A DNA stretch of 56,870 nt, filler included, from Platydemus manokwari (taxonomy: Eukaryota), in the NCBI GenBank assembly GCA_037951405.1. It is 5 parts of 5 records of this genome, joined end to end, with 100 filler letters (N's around TTAATTAATTAA, not from the genome) between each part and the next. Parts side by side here need not be neighbours in the genome. Positions count along the whole stretch, not along the records: positions 13,120 to 25,683 come from JBBMOY010080012.1; positions 25,784 to 37,145 come from JBBMOY010733316.1; positions 37,246 to 46,113 come from JBBMOY011336984.1; 2 more parts are not named here. The stretch is one strand, 5' to 3'. The notes under the pieces are model-generated. The model was not told the DNA's origin. It worked only from the letters and a program-made list of their open reading frames with translations, and did no database searches. This document shows positions 24,135-37,640 of this stretch, piece after piece. Position numbers and translations under genes: made by a program. The first letter of the stretch is position 1; each line of letters starts with the position of its first letter.

Positions 24135-25260
24135 TATCATTTTTAACAAAATAATTCCACTAAACCATTCCAAGAATTATGAAATCATAAAAAAATAAAC
24201 ATAGATTAAATACAAATTAATGCAATAAAAATGAATAAACATTTAATACGTATCGTCAAAAATAAAGATATAATTGTGATAAATTTGGTATACGTACTGC
24301 AAAATTTAGTTTATCTAGTCATTTTCTCAAAATTCCAAGTCGATGAGGCAAGTTACCAAATGTCGGAATTCATCCAATACTTCATCGACATTTATATTTT
24401 CTTCAACATTGCCATTGTTTCCATGATAATCCAATCTGAGCCTCATTAGACGCCAGAATAAACAATTAAGGGTTAGAAGATTCACATCAATACCGGTTGC
24501 ATTTAAAATCCAGACTGATAATTCTAATAACCAATAATTAAATCCCCAGGTTAGGTGAAAGTAACTTATTGATGGATGACGAAATTTGGTTAATATAAGG
24601 AATTTGGAAATTTCACAACTAGAAAACTTTTCTAGAATGCCATCGATATTATTAAAATGATGAATAAAGTGTGAAACATAAGGAAAATTCTCCTAAATCG
24701 ATAAATATGATAACTTAAAATAAATATAAAAATAATTTACCTCCATTTACAAATAAAATTTCAATGATAACCAAATACAATTTCAAAGACAAGAAAAATA
24801 ATAATGACAAATTTTAATTTGACAATTGCCGGACAATGTCTATTTTCTGCTTACTACTTATTGATTGGATTGAAAGATGTGTATATGAGAGTGTGTATAA
24901 AAACAGTCAATGATGAATGGAAAGTCTGATTGGATAATTTTTTAAAACATTTTTGAGAGGTTACAGTAACGGTCTGAGCAATATAAATGATAAATATTTT
25001 TTAATATAATTAATTAAAAATATTCTTTGTTTTAAATTATTAAATTCAGCTTTTTAAATTAAATTAGTAAATTAATTTAGTAGAATAAATTATTAAATTA
25101 ATTTAGTAAAACAAGTCAATTTAAATTTAAACCTCACAGTATTTATCCAATATTTGACGATATTTTCATTATGAACGAATTTTATTGGGATCATTAAATA
25201 ACGATTTCATGAAATTTTTACATGATCGATATCATGTTGGTATTAATTATATTGATAATT
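24135..25260 (-). pseudogene. Copy 2 of the duplicated orphan gene block (paralogous to ~15670-16935), frameshifted
   Basis: Colinear, highly similar sequence with +1 insertions near 24650 and 24395 relative to the open frame of copy 1. Confidence 0.75.
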
Positions 25261-25261
25261 G

Positions 25262-25608
25262 ATAATCGATGTCAATAGATATGAAGTACTTAGAACCATG
25301 TAATGTATCTAGAATCTCTTCAACGTTCGGCATTGGAAACGCTTGTCTCTCTGTTATTAAATGTAGCTGTCTGAAATCAAGGTATAATCTAATATCTTTT
25401 CTTTCTTCCAAATACAAACAAGTGGAGTATTCCAAGGTGAATTGCACTTTCTTATGATGTTATTTTGCCTCAAATTCTGAATTGCCTCATCTATCTTTTC
25501 TTCTGAATTCACCAGTTGTCTCCAACATTTGATATGCATTTGGTTTCCATTCGTTACGATTTTGAGTTTCACCAATTTTGTAAATCCTATATTATAATGA
25601 TCTGTCAT
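25262..25608 (-). mobile_element. Ty3/Gypsy reverse transcriptase N-terminal fragment, frameshifted
   Basis: EKIDEAIQNLRQNNIIRKCNSPWNTPLVCIWKK, then KDIRLYLDFRQLHLITERQAFPMPNVEEILDTLHGSKYFISID: canonical SPW.SP, R...D[FY]R.LN and P.P motifs. Confidence 0.9.
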
Positions 25609-25613
25609 AAATA

Positions 25614-25683
25614 CCAGGTTGAGTCAAAAGTTATTCATGTTTTTATGCAGGTATTTTATTAACACAAATTGTTATAACGCTGA
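25614..25683 (+). mobile_element. Mariner/Tc1 terminus at a contig break
   Basis: TA|CCAGGTTGAGTCAAAAGTTATTCATG...ACGCTGA, identical to 46044-46113. Confidence 0.75.
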
Positions 25684-25783
25684 NNNNNNNNNNNNNNNNN
25701 NNNNNNNNNNNNNNNNNNNNNNNNNNNTTAATTAATTAANNNNNNNNNNNNNNNNNNNNNNNNNNNNNNNNNNNNNNNNNNNN
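25684..25783. other. Artificial contig spacer
   Basis: N44-TTAATTAATTAA-N44. Confidence 0.95.
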
Positions 25784-26383
25784 TTTGATAGCTTATGAAT
25801 AGAGCTTCAAAATGACGTGTATGTTAATGATTTGCTACAGCACACACACAAGTGTTTACACCTGGTGTCAAATTCCGGTTATTAAGTTATAGACCCAATA
25901 TATCAGATGTTATTTCAAATGTAGCCCGGAACCATATTTTGATAATTATAATTTATTATTAAAATTATAATAATATATTCTCGAATTTTTTTTAATTGAT
26001 TTATAGTTTTAATTTTTATAAAAAATAATTTTATATTAATAATAAATATATTAAAAATAAAACCGAGATATATTATTAAAGACCAACCAATCAAATAGAG
26101 ATAAACTTAATCAATAAATTGATAAAAATAAATATCAAATTAAATGTAAAACCAAACCAAGTGTTATTAAATATCAAATACAGTGATTTGTTCACAGAAT
26201 TTATACAAAATATTTTTTTAATTTTAAATCATCATTATTAATAAGTTATATTAATAATAATATATTATATTTATTACATAATAAATAATTATATATTATC
26301 AAATATATCTGACATAATAATGAGTTTACAATTCTATATCAATATTCTATGAAATAACATGATTCATCATTAATAATAAAACT

Positions 26384-26397
26384 GTTTCCATGACAAC
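26384..26397. promoter_or_regulatory. RFX X-box-like motif
   Basis: GTTTCCATGACAAC fits the consensus GTHNYY-AT-RRNAAC and lies 12 nt upstream of an ATG at 26410. Confidence 0.35.
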
Positions 26398-26834
26398 ATC
26401 GCTAAATAAATGCGTAAAAACGAATACAAATCACGTGCTAATCACATCATGAATCACTCAATTCTACATTCAAATCAGATCGCAATTAATTTTGATTTAT
26501 TTGAAGATGCCTCGCAAGAAGATCATTCATTGGTTAATTAAAAAGATCAATCTTTCAGTAAGATTCAAAGCAAGTGAAAATTGGTAACCCCTCTGAATTT
26601 CGTCTTTTGATTTAGGTCTGATGACATTAGTTCCTATTTGCTGGCAATGTTTACCCAGCAATTTATGTGTGTTACAACAACTTGCTCTTAAAATCTAACA
26701 TTACACTTTTGTTATTAACATTTCAATTGAATTTCATTGCTGATTTCAATAAATGCATAACTATATAGACTCTATTAATATCGATCTATACAACTAGAAT
26801 AATATTAGATTAAGCATCGGATACCGTTGGTTTC

Positions 26835-27196
26835 TTATCACATCCACATATTATCACATCCACATATTATCACATCCACATATTATCACATCCACCTATT
26901 ATCACATCCACATATTATCACATCCACATATTATCACATCCAAATATTATCACATCCACATATTATCACATCCAAATATTATCACATCCACATATTATCA
27001 CATCCACATATTATCACATCCACATATTATCACATCCACATATTATCACATCCACACATTATCACATCCACATATTATCACATCCACATATTATCACATC
27101 CATATATTATCGCATACACCTATTATCACATCCACATATTATCACATCCAAATATTATCACATCCACATATTATCACATCCACATATTATCACATA
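26835..27196. repeat. Minisatellite with a 16-bp unit TTATCACATCCACATA, about 22 copies
   Basis: Directly visible tandem array with a few variant units. The 16-aa periodicity of the overlapping ORF equals three units. Confidence 0.95.
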
Positions 27197-27899
27197 CACC
27201 TATTATCATAACTATTAGCACCATAAATGGGATATTCAAAGCACCATCGGTAATTAGTTGCTGATAATGCGCACCCGTATAATTTCCTCTAACAATTCTA
27301 TCAATGATAATTGTGATCCATTCCATTATTATTAAAAAATTTGAAAATCCTGTATTATCCAAGAAAATTATATCCATGATATTTTTTAATTTTTTTTGTT
27401 TCATTCGAGATTTTCCATTTATAAATATGCTTTGACTAGAAACTAATTCCTTTCATGTTATTTATTATGGAACATTATACGGAAAGTAATTAATTGCAAC
27501 GAGTAGAATATAAATAAAAGTTTCTCAAGAATAATGAGAGACGGGAATTCTCAACCTCAATCCCTAATCTATGTCGAATAAATAAAGTAATAAAAAATCC
27601 TAACTCTATTTTAGTAAATTTTTTAATTCTTTCTTTTGAAAATGTCGGGGTATCATCACTGCAATTACTCAAAATAACTACTCCACACTGACTGCCGATA
27701 TTTTTATTATTTTTGCCAAAGTTTTTCTCTAAATAATCCGGATTTTTTCCGATGGCTAAGTTTAAGTGAAAATATTTTTCCTTGGAGTATTTTTTCATGG
27801 AGTATTTTTCTATAAAGAAAATTTCTTTTTATCGACACTGTACTCACTGTGAATGATAAATTGTTTTGTATTTATGGATTAACTAATGATTCTGAAGGT

Positions 27900-28935
27900 G
27901 TGTTACAAGAGGTCGTTAAGAATACAGATAGTGGAGATAAAATTATTTTTTAATAAGCTTTTAAAACAGAAATATTCTCGACATAGCTGTGGAGACCAGA
28001 AGAAATTGATTTAACTTTTGGCTCGAAAACCGTACTGACTAAGAATTCTCATCAATGATAAAGGTACTGCTAATGAGCATCTATTTGTGGTTAAAATACC
28101 AGAAGCTAAACTGAAACACAAGCACAATACTGCTTTACTCTGTCTGTATCCTCGAGACTGTCAGTCAAAAAACGGAGTTCGAAAACAAGTCACCATTTAT
28201 AGGCATTCCATAAACACTAATGAATGGTGAAGTTGATTCTAAAACCATTCTGGAAGTTGTAATGAGTTATCGTCGAACATGGATTTCAGACTACTACGAC
28301 GTCATAAAATGCGTCATAAAGGTAGATGAGTCATGGAAATATCGGCATAACCCTGAAATGACCGACCAACTGATAAATATCGTGCCAAAATTAAGCCCAG
28401 GCCCAGGAAATCACCTCAAAGTCATTCAGAAATCTAAGTCATGTTGACAGTTTTATTCGATAATTATCGATGTGTCAATATATCAGCAAAGTAATATTAT
28501 TTCTATATAATACGTAGTTGGCATTAAGTTATTTGCCCGAAAAAATTAGAATTATGAGCAAAAATTCTTTATTATTTCATCAATGTAATTGCATTGGTAA
28601 TTTATGATGTTTTCACCAAAGATTCAATTCATATCGTTCCACAACCACTACATTCACTATTCGACTTCTGGCTTTTTAATAAACTCAGCTAACTGGTCCG
28701 AGGACATGGTGAACAAAGGGGCCACTTTCAATAGTTTGAAAAGATAGAGACCTAATTTAAGAAGGTATTAAAGAATATTCTGACTTATCTACTTTAACAA
28801 CTGTTTCGAGAATTGGAACAAATGTTGACTTAAGAATTTTGTGTCGAATGAGGAATAATTTGAAAGAGATCAAAAATAATTCGGAAGAATAAATAAAGAT
28901 TTTACCGTAAAATATTCGATACTTTTATACATCTG
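27900..28935 (+). mobile_element. Degenerate mariner transposase
   Basis: Broken motifs VIKVDESWKYRHNPE (first catalytic D), KVMLTVLFD, IVPQP...FDFWLFNKL and CFENWNKC...FE. Many stops and frameshifts. Confidence 0.75.
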
Positions 28936-29634
28936 TGAACAAATATAATCAAATTATTATTGACAGCCCCAAACCCCAACATATCTATAGTATTTTGTGG
29001 GTTGAATTTCTAAATGTTCGGGTTCACTATGGGATTTTTTTTAATTGACCCATTTCCATTTTATTATTCTGGATAATTTTTATTAATGGGCAATTTCATT
29101 GCTGCTACGTGGCGAAGCATTTTTTCATTGGGATTTATTTTATTTCGTATTGATCTAATTTTAATCAATATGGTTTCTTTGAAGTCCTCACATGAAAATA
29201 TAAAAATTAAGCTGAATATATAATAATTTGTTTTCATGCATTTTAATAATATACATTTTTCATACCAATAAAGATTACATCAAAATATTTCATCGAAAAT
29301 AAAAAAGAAATTTTTATCAGAATGTACTTTTGGACAGAAATTATTTTTATATATTTATGCTTACGCTTACCACATTATACAAGGGTAAAAAATAAAGAAT
29401 TATAGTTCCACACGTTGTTAATAACCAATTGTCAATCGGGTATTTTCAATTGATGTTGGAGTGTGAAAATCGAGTGTTGATTTCAACCTTGATTAGACAA
29501 TTTTGAATTTAGAAATTCAGACGCTCTATTATTTAGTAAATTCTAACACAGACCACATTATGAGTCAAGTCAGAATATGGGCAATGATTTTCTTTAAAAA
29601 TGTTCTATTGATAAAATTATAGATTTTAAATATA

Positions 29635-31135
29635 TTGGTTGGCACAGATTCGTGCGGTTGTTTACAATTATGAAAAATGCATACTGATCAAGAATAAAAA
29701 CCATCGAACAAATTCCAAATAACAAAATCAATTTATGAAATCATTAGAAAAAACAAATATCTCAGTCTCAATCGGTGAGATATTCTCCTTCACAATAGAT
29801 CACTTTCTTCCATCTTTTTGAAAGTTTGTCCTTCTTCGTTTTCAAATGTGAAACCAGAAAGATGGTACACGTGGAGCGAAAAAGATGAAAATCTGTTGGG
29901 GCTAAGTCGGTCGAATATAGAGGATGGGGAAGAACTTCACAGCCAAACTCTTCGATAGCCAATTTTGTCATTTTGGAGACATGAGGTCGAGCATTGTCAT
30001 GATGTAAAATTACCTGCTTCTTATTGTTCCTTTTCATTTTAATTGCAGTGTTTTCTCACTTGGGTCGTTCACAATAAAGTTCATGATTGATTATTTGTTT
30101 TCTTGACAAGATTTCTTAAAGATGAACATCAACTTGGTCCCACTAAACGCACAACAAGATTTTGCGTTGGTGAACTTCAAGCTTTGTACGTGGTTGTGGT
30201 TTCTTTTCAGAACTTACCCAAGCTTTTTGAGATTCAAATTTACTTACAAACACCATTTCTCATCATCTGTTACGATTCTGGAAAGGAGAGATTGATGATG
30301 CTGCACAGCAAATTGATTGCGAATGACTAATGGTTTAGAAATCGAAACACGTTGATTTTGTGACTTTCTTTGAGTCACTTTTTGAACTTTTCCAATTTTC
30401 TTGAGATGTCGAAAAAAAGTGGTGTGATCACAATCTATGGCTTGTCTAATCACTTGTGTTGAATGGCGCTGATCATCATGAATCAATTGGTTCAAACATT
30501 CTTCATCAAAGTCACCAGATCGGCATGACCGAGGTGCATCGCTTAAACCAAAGTTTTCATTGCTAAATTTCGAAAACCACTTATACGCTGTTCGTTCACT
30601 GACTGCTTTTTCTCCATAAACGCAACAAATCATTCTGGTGGCTTCTGCAGCATCCAAATGTTGATTAAAATAGAAAAGGAGTAGATGTCGGAAATGTTCA
30701 TTTTAATCGACCAGATACTCAATTTTAATGCGGATAATAAAAGTGAAAGTTAATCTAGAATGATTTAAATGATAATTCAGCTGAGTGTCTAACTCAAATC
30801 AGTTAAAACAAGAAGTTGGTGAGCAGCTACTTCACTTAAATTTGAGGCTTCAACAAAAGATGTCTTTTTTTATTCAATGCCAACAAATAAAACAATTTTT
30901 AAACAAATTTAAATTCTAGAAACACTTAATTATCAATCTTAATCGGGCATAGATGAAAATTTATAAATCATTTAATAAATTTTATATTAAATAATTTAAT
31001 AAAAATTTCAAAATACCATTTTTTATTTTGAAACTTATTAAATTATCTTAAATTATTTTTAGTTACTTTAAGTGTTCCTCACAGTGTGTTTTCTGTGCAA
31101 CAAATAAAACCGCACAGATTTATACACCAACCCGA
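29635..31135 (-). mobile_element. Full-length but inactivated mariner element with TIRs
   Basis: Imperfect TIRs TTGGTTGGCACAGATTCGTGCGGTT and its partner (reverse complement TCGGGTTGGTGTATAAATCTGTGCGGTT), flanked by TA. Transposase pieces: AAEATRMICCVYGEKAVSERTAYKWF (HTH), IVTDDEKW, HHDNARPHV and HPLYSTDLAPTDFHLF. Confidence 0.92.
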
Positions 31136-32699
31136 TACTATCAGCCGTTATAAAACAAGTAGATCTTATTTATTTTATAAACCTTTATAATTTCCTGTCA
31201 CTCATCAAATCATTCTACCAGAAAAATATCAGATCAACTAACTGTTACACCATTGGTATTTCTATAATTAATTCAGAGTCGTCATGTTTTGCTCTGGTTT
31301 TCATCTATTGTTTCGTAATTTCAATATAAATATTCATTAGTAATAATAATTATTATTATTATCATAATATTTAAAATTATTTTGAAAATAATAATAGAAC
31401 AACACTAATAAACAAATGATATATTAAAGATTATTATTTTTATTATTATTATTTGATGAAGATTCGTCTGATTGCCGGTTTCAGCTGATATTCTTATCCC
31501 ATGAAAATGAAATTTTAATCAAATTATTCCACAATACAATTGCTCGCTGTATGTGATTAAATGAGAATTCTCAATATTTTTTTATTTGCCTCCTCGGTTG
31601 AGATTTATTTAATCTCCCTAAAAATGAAAAGACAAATTATATTTTCACCATTGGCTGACGGTATCTAGTCATTCACAGGCAATACTTCAATCATAACCTG
31701 TGTTATGAATATTACGGATTTTAGATCTGATTAAAACAAAGGACATTATTTGTTTAAAAAATTATTGACGAAACAGAAACCAATGAAATGATGTTCTAAA
31801 AAATAGTTATCAATTTCTAGTCTGGCACCAATAGTTATTAAGGAAATCATTTCCGGAGTCATTTGTTTAAATTATGTTTATTATTATTTAATATATTATC
31901 ATCACTATTATCATTTAATTGTTGATTACTGGTCTTTCAGAATTGTAAACCCACATCATTGAAAGGAAATGTTATTCCCAAAATCCATAATTGGTTCGAA
32001 TATCATTTTAGAAATTCTAAATGAATGGATTTTATCAATTTCCTCGATCATCACATCTGCCAATCTAAAAGACAATAATTCATAGGAAATCAATTTTGCT
32101 GCCGCTTATTGGGAAATATGAAATGGATTTCCACAGTGTAGACAAAACAAATGATATCCCAAATATGCAAACTCAGACAAATATCTCGGAATCGTTTAGC
32201 TTTGATGCCCATAATAATATTATTGTTTTCATGTCAGCTTCATTATTTGGTTTCACTTGACGGAATCATATAATTGATATCGATCGGCGTGAATTGTGTT
32301 TTGTTTGATGGAATAACATCTCCATATATTTGATATTATCATTCTATTTCAGTTATTTTTTTTGCTTGTTTTGTCTGTAATTTTGTTTAAATAAACCGGT
32401 ATTTATTCTGATTATTTTAAACTATAATAATATTCATTATATAAATTCATTACTTTATGCTTGTAAGTAGAATATCGTCACTATAAATTTGATTCCACAA
32501 ACAATTGATTTTAATAATTTTCTTTATAATTTTAAGTACTGAACAAAAACATTAAAAATACCCATTTTTCGATAAAACTCTTTATCTGGTTAAAAAATTG
32601 TCTCGATAGATCGATTAAAAGAAAATCAATTCTTTAGTTTCTTCAGAAAATATTCATTATTATATTTATCTTTTAATTGATTTATTATTGCTTTATTTA

Positions 32700-33050
32700 T
32701 TGATTATCGGTTGAATGATTTTATTGTATTTTATGATTTATTAATAAATTGTAACTAAAAAATCAACAAGAAGTTCAATCTACAAAAGTATTTTAAATCC
32801 CAATATTTGAACAAATAATTCAAAAATATTTTAAATCATTTCTGTTATTTAAAAGCAATCAGAAATTATTTATAAACATTTATAAGCCCCTCTTACCCTT
32901 TGCTTTAAAATCTTGAATTTTCTTCACATCTTTTGATAATGAATTCTCTAATAATTTTCTTTGTTTTTATATCTATGTATAATACTTATTTCTAGACCAT
33001 CTATTTCTTTTATCTTTTATTTTGATATATTATCTGGAAAGGTTAAGGAA
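32700..33050 (-). mobile_element. Degenerate TRIM-family fragment (inverted)
   Basis: Reverse complement agaaaattcaagattttaaagcaaagggtaagagggg matches the pre-PPT and PPT region of the TRIM at 22305-22335. Confidence 0.5.
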
Positions 33051-33809
33051 TTTTACTAATGGAACTACTGACAATTTCATCTAGGAGTACCACGAGAGCT
33101 TATTTCAGTCCTTCAAATAGGATTTCAAGTTCAGCTCATACTGATGACTATTTTGCTCACATTCATCACTTAACTTTGCGAGTTCGTTGTAATCGGCATT
33201 TGTCTTTATATTGGTATGCATCCTGTCATTGATAATTAGAATTATTATTTGTTGAAGAGTAAATCAAGACAAGACATCATTGACATTACATAAAATAAAA
33301 AGATAAATAAATACATTATAACACACCACACATGTAAAACATCAAACTCATAGAACACCTCATCAAATCAGAAAGTCATTTAAAAATAAAGGTATTTAAT
33401 ACAACAAAAAATATTGTTTGTCTTATGGTTGTGAGTCTGAATGCCATGGAAGTCAATCAACAAAGCCCAAAGTCAAACCGAATATGTAGTGAATGAAGTA
33501 GAATACCAAATGTTCCCAGTTACGATTTGGTGTTTTATGGATCTGATAAGTGACCTTTTGTGTTTAAGAACACTCATTTATTTCTGTGATCATTCCTGAT
33601 GTCATAAATCGAGTTAATGCTTGATGCTTATGATTATTGGAATGTTAGAATTAAAGGATAAATATCATTGTATATTATAAAATATCATAAATATTAGGTG
33701 TAGAGAAATAAAAATTATTGTGTTAATATCGTTAATTAGGTGTTGATTAAAAATGATCACTTATAAGTATTGGAGAGTCTTCTTGATCAATAACTCAAAA
33801 TTATGGAAA

Positions 33810-34142
33810 AGAAGAAGGATGATATTGAAACTACATAGGGAATATACAAAGAAGATGTAGAGAAGATGGGAAGAAGATATAAAAAGATATAAATAAGATT
33901 TAGAGAAGATATACAAAGATAGAAGGATTAAAGATTTTTATGTAGGTACAGATGTAGAGTATTCGACACAATGTCATTTAAGAATACAAAGAAACTCAAA
34001 AATTTTAAAGATATTTTTGTAGATTTAATTTTATATCAAATTATCTCATTTTGTTTATGTCATTGTGCTTAAACCTATAATTTATTGTCGTGTCTATTCA
34101 GTTCGTTTCGATGCGTGTTTTATAAAATAGTAGCGACTCACG
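33810..34142 (+). mobile_element. Second TRIM-family copy (interior plus 3' LTR, PPT deleted)
   Basis: Shares gatattgaaactacatag, gatttagagaagata, tttaagaatacaaagaaa and the LTR end ttataaaatagtagcgactcac with the element at 21784-22488. Confidence 0.65.
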
Positions 34143-37100
34143 GTTATCAAATCAAAATAGTCTGAATGAATAGTACTCAGTGTTTGTAATGCGTGTGATA
34201 TTTGTAATAATAGAATTCTTTTAATGTTTCCAGCACTATTTTTTACACAATCGTAACCAAAATAAATCAACGGAATCACATATAGGATCTGATATAATGA
34301 CAGTGGAATATAGGAACAAATCGAAACATTTATGGATATTATTATTGGAAATATCGATTTTTATTAATCATTGTTATTTATATAATTTATCGATAATCTA
34401 ATTTTGGTAACAAAAATTTCGGACGATGTATACACGCATTGATAAAACTGTAAATTATTCTAGAAAATAAATTAACGAAATCGTGTAGAAACGAGCGTCA
34501 AATAAACAGACAATAATTCTGAAATAAATAAAACCAAAAATTACTAGAATGGAAAATGGACATTTTGAAAAGAAAATAAAATTGCTCCGATTTTTAGAAA
34601 ACAACTCCCAAAACCCGCTAATTATTAACAATGTGAATATCTTCTGGCGTTGATCTCGATAAAATTGTTGTATTATCAATATTCGATCTCAATTATTTAG
34701 TATATATGTCGGCTTCTTTGTGGTTTTAGAAAATATTATGATTAAGGAATTATAAATTTTGTTAAGCACATATTTTGAGATAATCAACAAATATGTAAGT
34801 TTTTATAATAATAAATCCCATAATAAATAATAAATTCAATATCTAACCCCGAATGAAATATTGAATGTTGTTTAACAAGCTATAATGATGATCAACACAA
34901 ATATAAATTAATGTATAGAATTACAATTTAAATATAAACGACAATGATAGAATAATAAATCATTAATTATCTGAAATAATAATCAGGTATTCTTTAATAT
35001 TTTAGTATAGGGTTCTATTGTTTTCTTGGAGAATGAATTTGAGTCTCCTGTGCTTTTGCCACAAGAGCCCTAGTTGTTGATTAACTTGCTGAGGGTTGGG
35101 TCTATAAGCAGCAGTGGCCCTGCTTGGTTGTTAGTGATTTTACGATGAGATTTGATTTAATTAGCAGAATGGTTGGACTGGGTCCAATCCATTCAATTAT
35201 AATGATGACGTAATTAAAATTCATTATTACAAATGTCATTTTAACAAAAATAAATTACTTGAATCAAATAATGATGGCCAAAATAACGTTGGTGATGAAA
35301 GTCTTCTTATACTGTTTGAAATTGCTCTGTAATTATAGCTCCAATAATTGATTTTTCGCGAGTTAGGATATTTCTAATAGTCCAAGTATTTGCCAAGGTC
35401 TTTTGTGATGCTTTTCAGGTCGATTTATTTTATTTTTCTCTTCTTTGTTTTAGTTTTTTTATATATTCTGATTATATTATTTTTTTATTTCATGTTACTA
35501 TTTTTAGTTATTTTTTCCTTCTATTTTTAGATATAACTTCAAAATTTTCATACTGATCATTATTTCTATCTGAGTTTTAAATCAGGTACCCAACACTTGT
35601 AAATGTCGACTTGCAGGTATAACATAGTTGTTTTATAGATAAACAATGAAGTTATTTATTTTATTAGGTAACTTGTTTATTGTAAACAATTCGAAAGCAA
35701 ATATATGTCGTATTTTAAAAAATATATCGCCATTTAAAGTTCATGACAGTAAATATAATCCGCATTATCAAAATAAGCCAGCAAAATATTATCAAGGAAA
35801 CCCCAGGGAAAAATATTCATGAAAATTCAAAATAAATAAAATTGCAGTGATGACTTTAATTCCCTGGATTAAATCAACAGCCAGCTGAAGATCAGTAAAA
35901 GTATAAAAGGTGAAGCAGTTAATAGAATAGGCTTACGAAAACTGTAAAATGAAACTACAATGAAGATACCGTTTGATTGCATCTAGGGGTAACGAGAAGT
36001 ACATTTAAGTTTATACGTGTCATTTATAGCCTGTTTTGTTACTGGAAGTCAATTGTTCAATACATTTATTCATTGAAGTCATCTAACCTGTCCAGGAAAC
36101 CTCGATGATTCAGACATCAAAGTAAATATCTTTTCGTCAACTGTCTTTCATCTGAATGCGTTCATGAGGAAACGGAAAAACGTTTTATTTTTCCTTTTAA
36201 ATTGTTGGCACAAAATCAACCGTTTCAATCGAGTCTTGACTGTTGTATTTCAATTTTTAGGATTCTTGGTCACATTTATGATTTACTTTTCTTCTTTCAA
36301 GCCTTATTTATCTCTTTATCATTTGTTAATATTGATAGTGCCTGAATTCATCGCAATAACTTATTTATGTTAATTCTGCACTCATTTTCAGCTTTATTCT
36401 AATCATAATGTTTGCTCACAAATTAATCTCAAACATATTTTTTATAAATAATCTCAGCGAATATCAAATCATTGACTGCACTATAACTTTAATTAATTAA
36501 TAAATTAATTATTAGTTTTCGATAGCACCTTATTGTATGACTAACTAAGTGTGCGAGTTCTAATTTTAAACAGGAGACTGATGAAATTGACTCTCAACGC
36601 CTCTCCAATAATCTCCGCATTACTATATAAGCATCGAAGTGAAACAAATAAGGAATAAACTTTTCCCATATTGTTATACAGGTTGCCATTGTCGAACTCA
36701 TCAATTAAATTATAGATATAGCTTTATAGGAAAGTATCCAGTTCATAATATAATAAAATGTAAGAAATAACATTACAGAAGCATTCTTATGAAGATCTAC
36801 CCGACGACGAGATCCGAGACTCGTTTTGCTGTCAACTATATCAATTTTCTTTGATCTTTGGATCTTCATAAAGACATGTTCCTATAGAATATTGGACTTG
36901 ATAAAAGAAAATCATGCCCATCTTCGGCTTCCTAATAACTGGACTGCTCAGAAATGACTTTTCCACTTACAAGGCTCACAAGGACCAAAAAATGAAAACT
37001 ATTTCTTGGTACCCAGTTCTAACTCTCTGAGACTTTCCAGCACAAAACGACGATGAATAACGATGCTGATTTGGTTATGCTGCAGAGCAAAGGAAGGGAA

Positions 37101-37145
37101 TTCAAATGAAGGTACATCGAATCGGGAATTACAATTATACATACA

Positions 37146-37245
37146 NNNNNNNNNNNNNNNNNNNNNNNNNNNNNNNNNNNNNNNNNNNNTTAATTAATTA
37201 ANNNNNNNNNNNNNNNNNNNNNNNNNNNNNNNNNNNNNNNNNNNN
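37146..37245. other. Artificial contig spacer
   Basis: N44-TTAATTAATTAA-N44. Confidence 0.95.
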
Positions 37246-37640
37246 AGTCAAGTCGGGATCAGCGCCCGAAAATAAAAAAACAGAATGAAAAGTTATCAAA
37301 AAGACTGATTACTAAAATCACACATAAACTAAGCATTGGAATTACCGACCAAAAAAGACTGGCAAGAATCCATGGAATTTAACTTCTTTTACAGACCCAT
37401 CGGATGTGTTTACTTGATGTCGCGGATCTTCGTTTTCAATTCGCTAAATTTGTTTGCCGATTGATATACTTGATATTTTCTTTATATCTCTTATGTCATT
37501 GAGGCATATTTGAGTTTGCTGCCATTTGTAGACATGTGCCTGTCGATTCTCAGCTTCTAAATATGGATTAACATGAAAATGAATTTGATTAGTTAAGGGG
37601 ACGTGTGTTTATCGGGTTTATGTGTATTGACCCTTTTTAT
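37246..37640 (+). mobile_element. Diverged LTR copy related to the LTR at 55004-55851
   Basis: Colinear blocks cgggat.agc.cccgaaa, aagactgatt, ttgatgtc.cgga, agtttgctgc.atttgt, cttctaaatatggattaa and gaccct shared with 55120-55510. Confidence 0.7.

Noticed and set aside
26827-27264. 145-aa His-rich ORF
   Set aside because: It is a by-product of the stop-free 16-bp minisatellite, has a TTG start and shows no other coding evidence.
35167-35194. Strong hairpin GAATGGTTGGAC-TGG-GTCCAATCCATTC as an ncRNA or Helitron end
   Set aside because: It is an isolated stem with no CTRR terminus, box motifs or second copy in the window.
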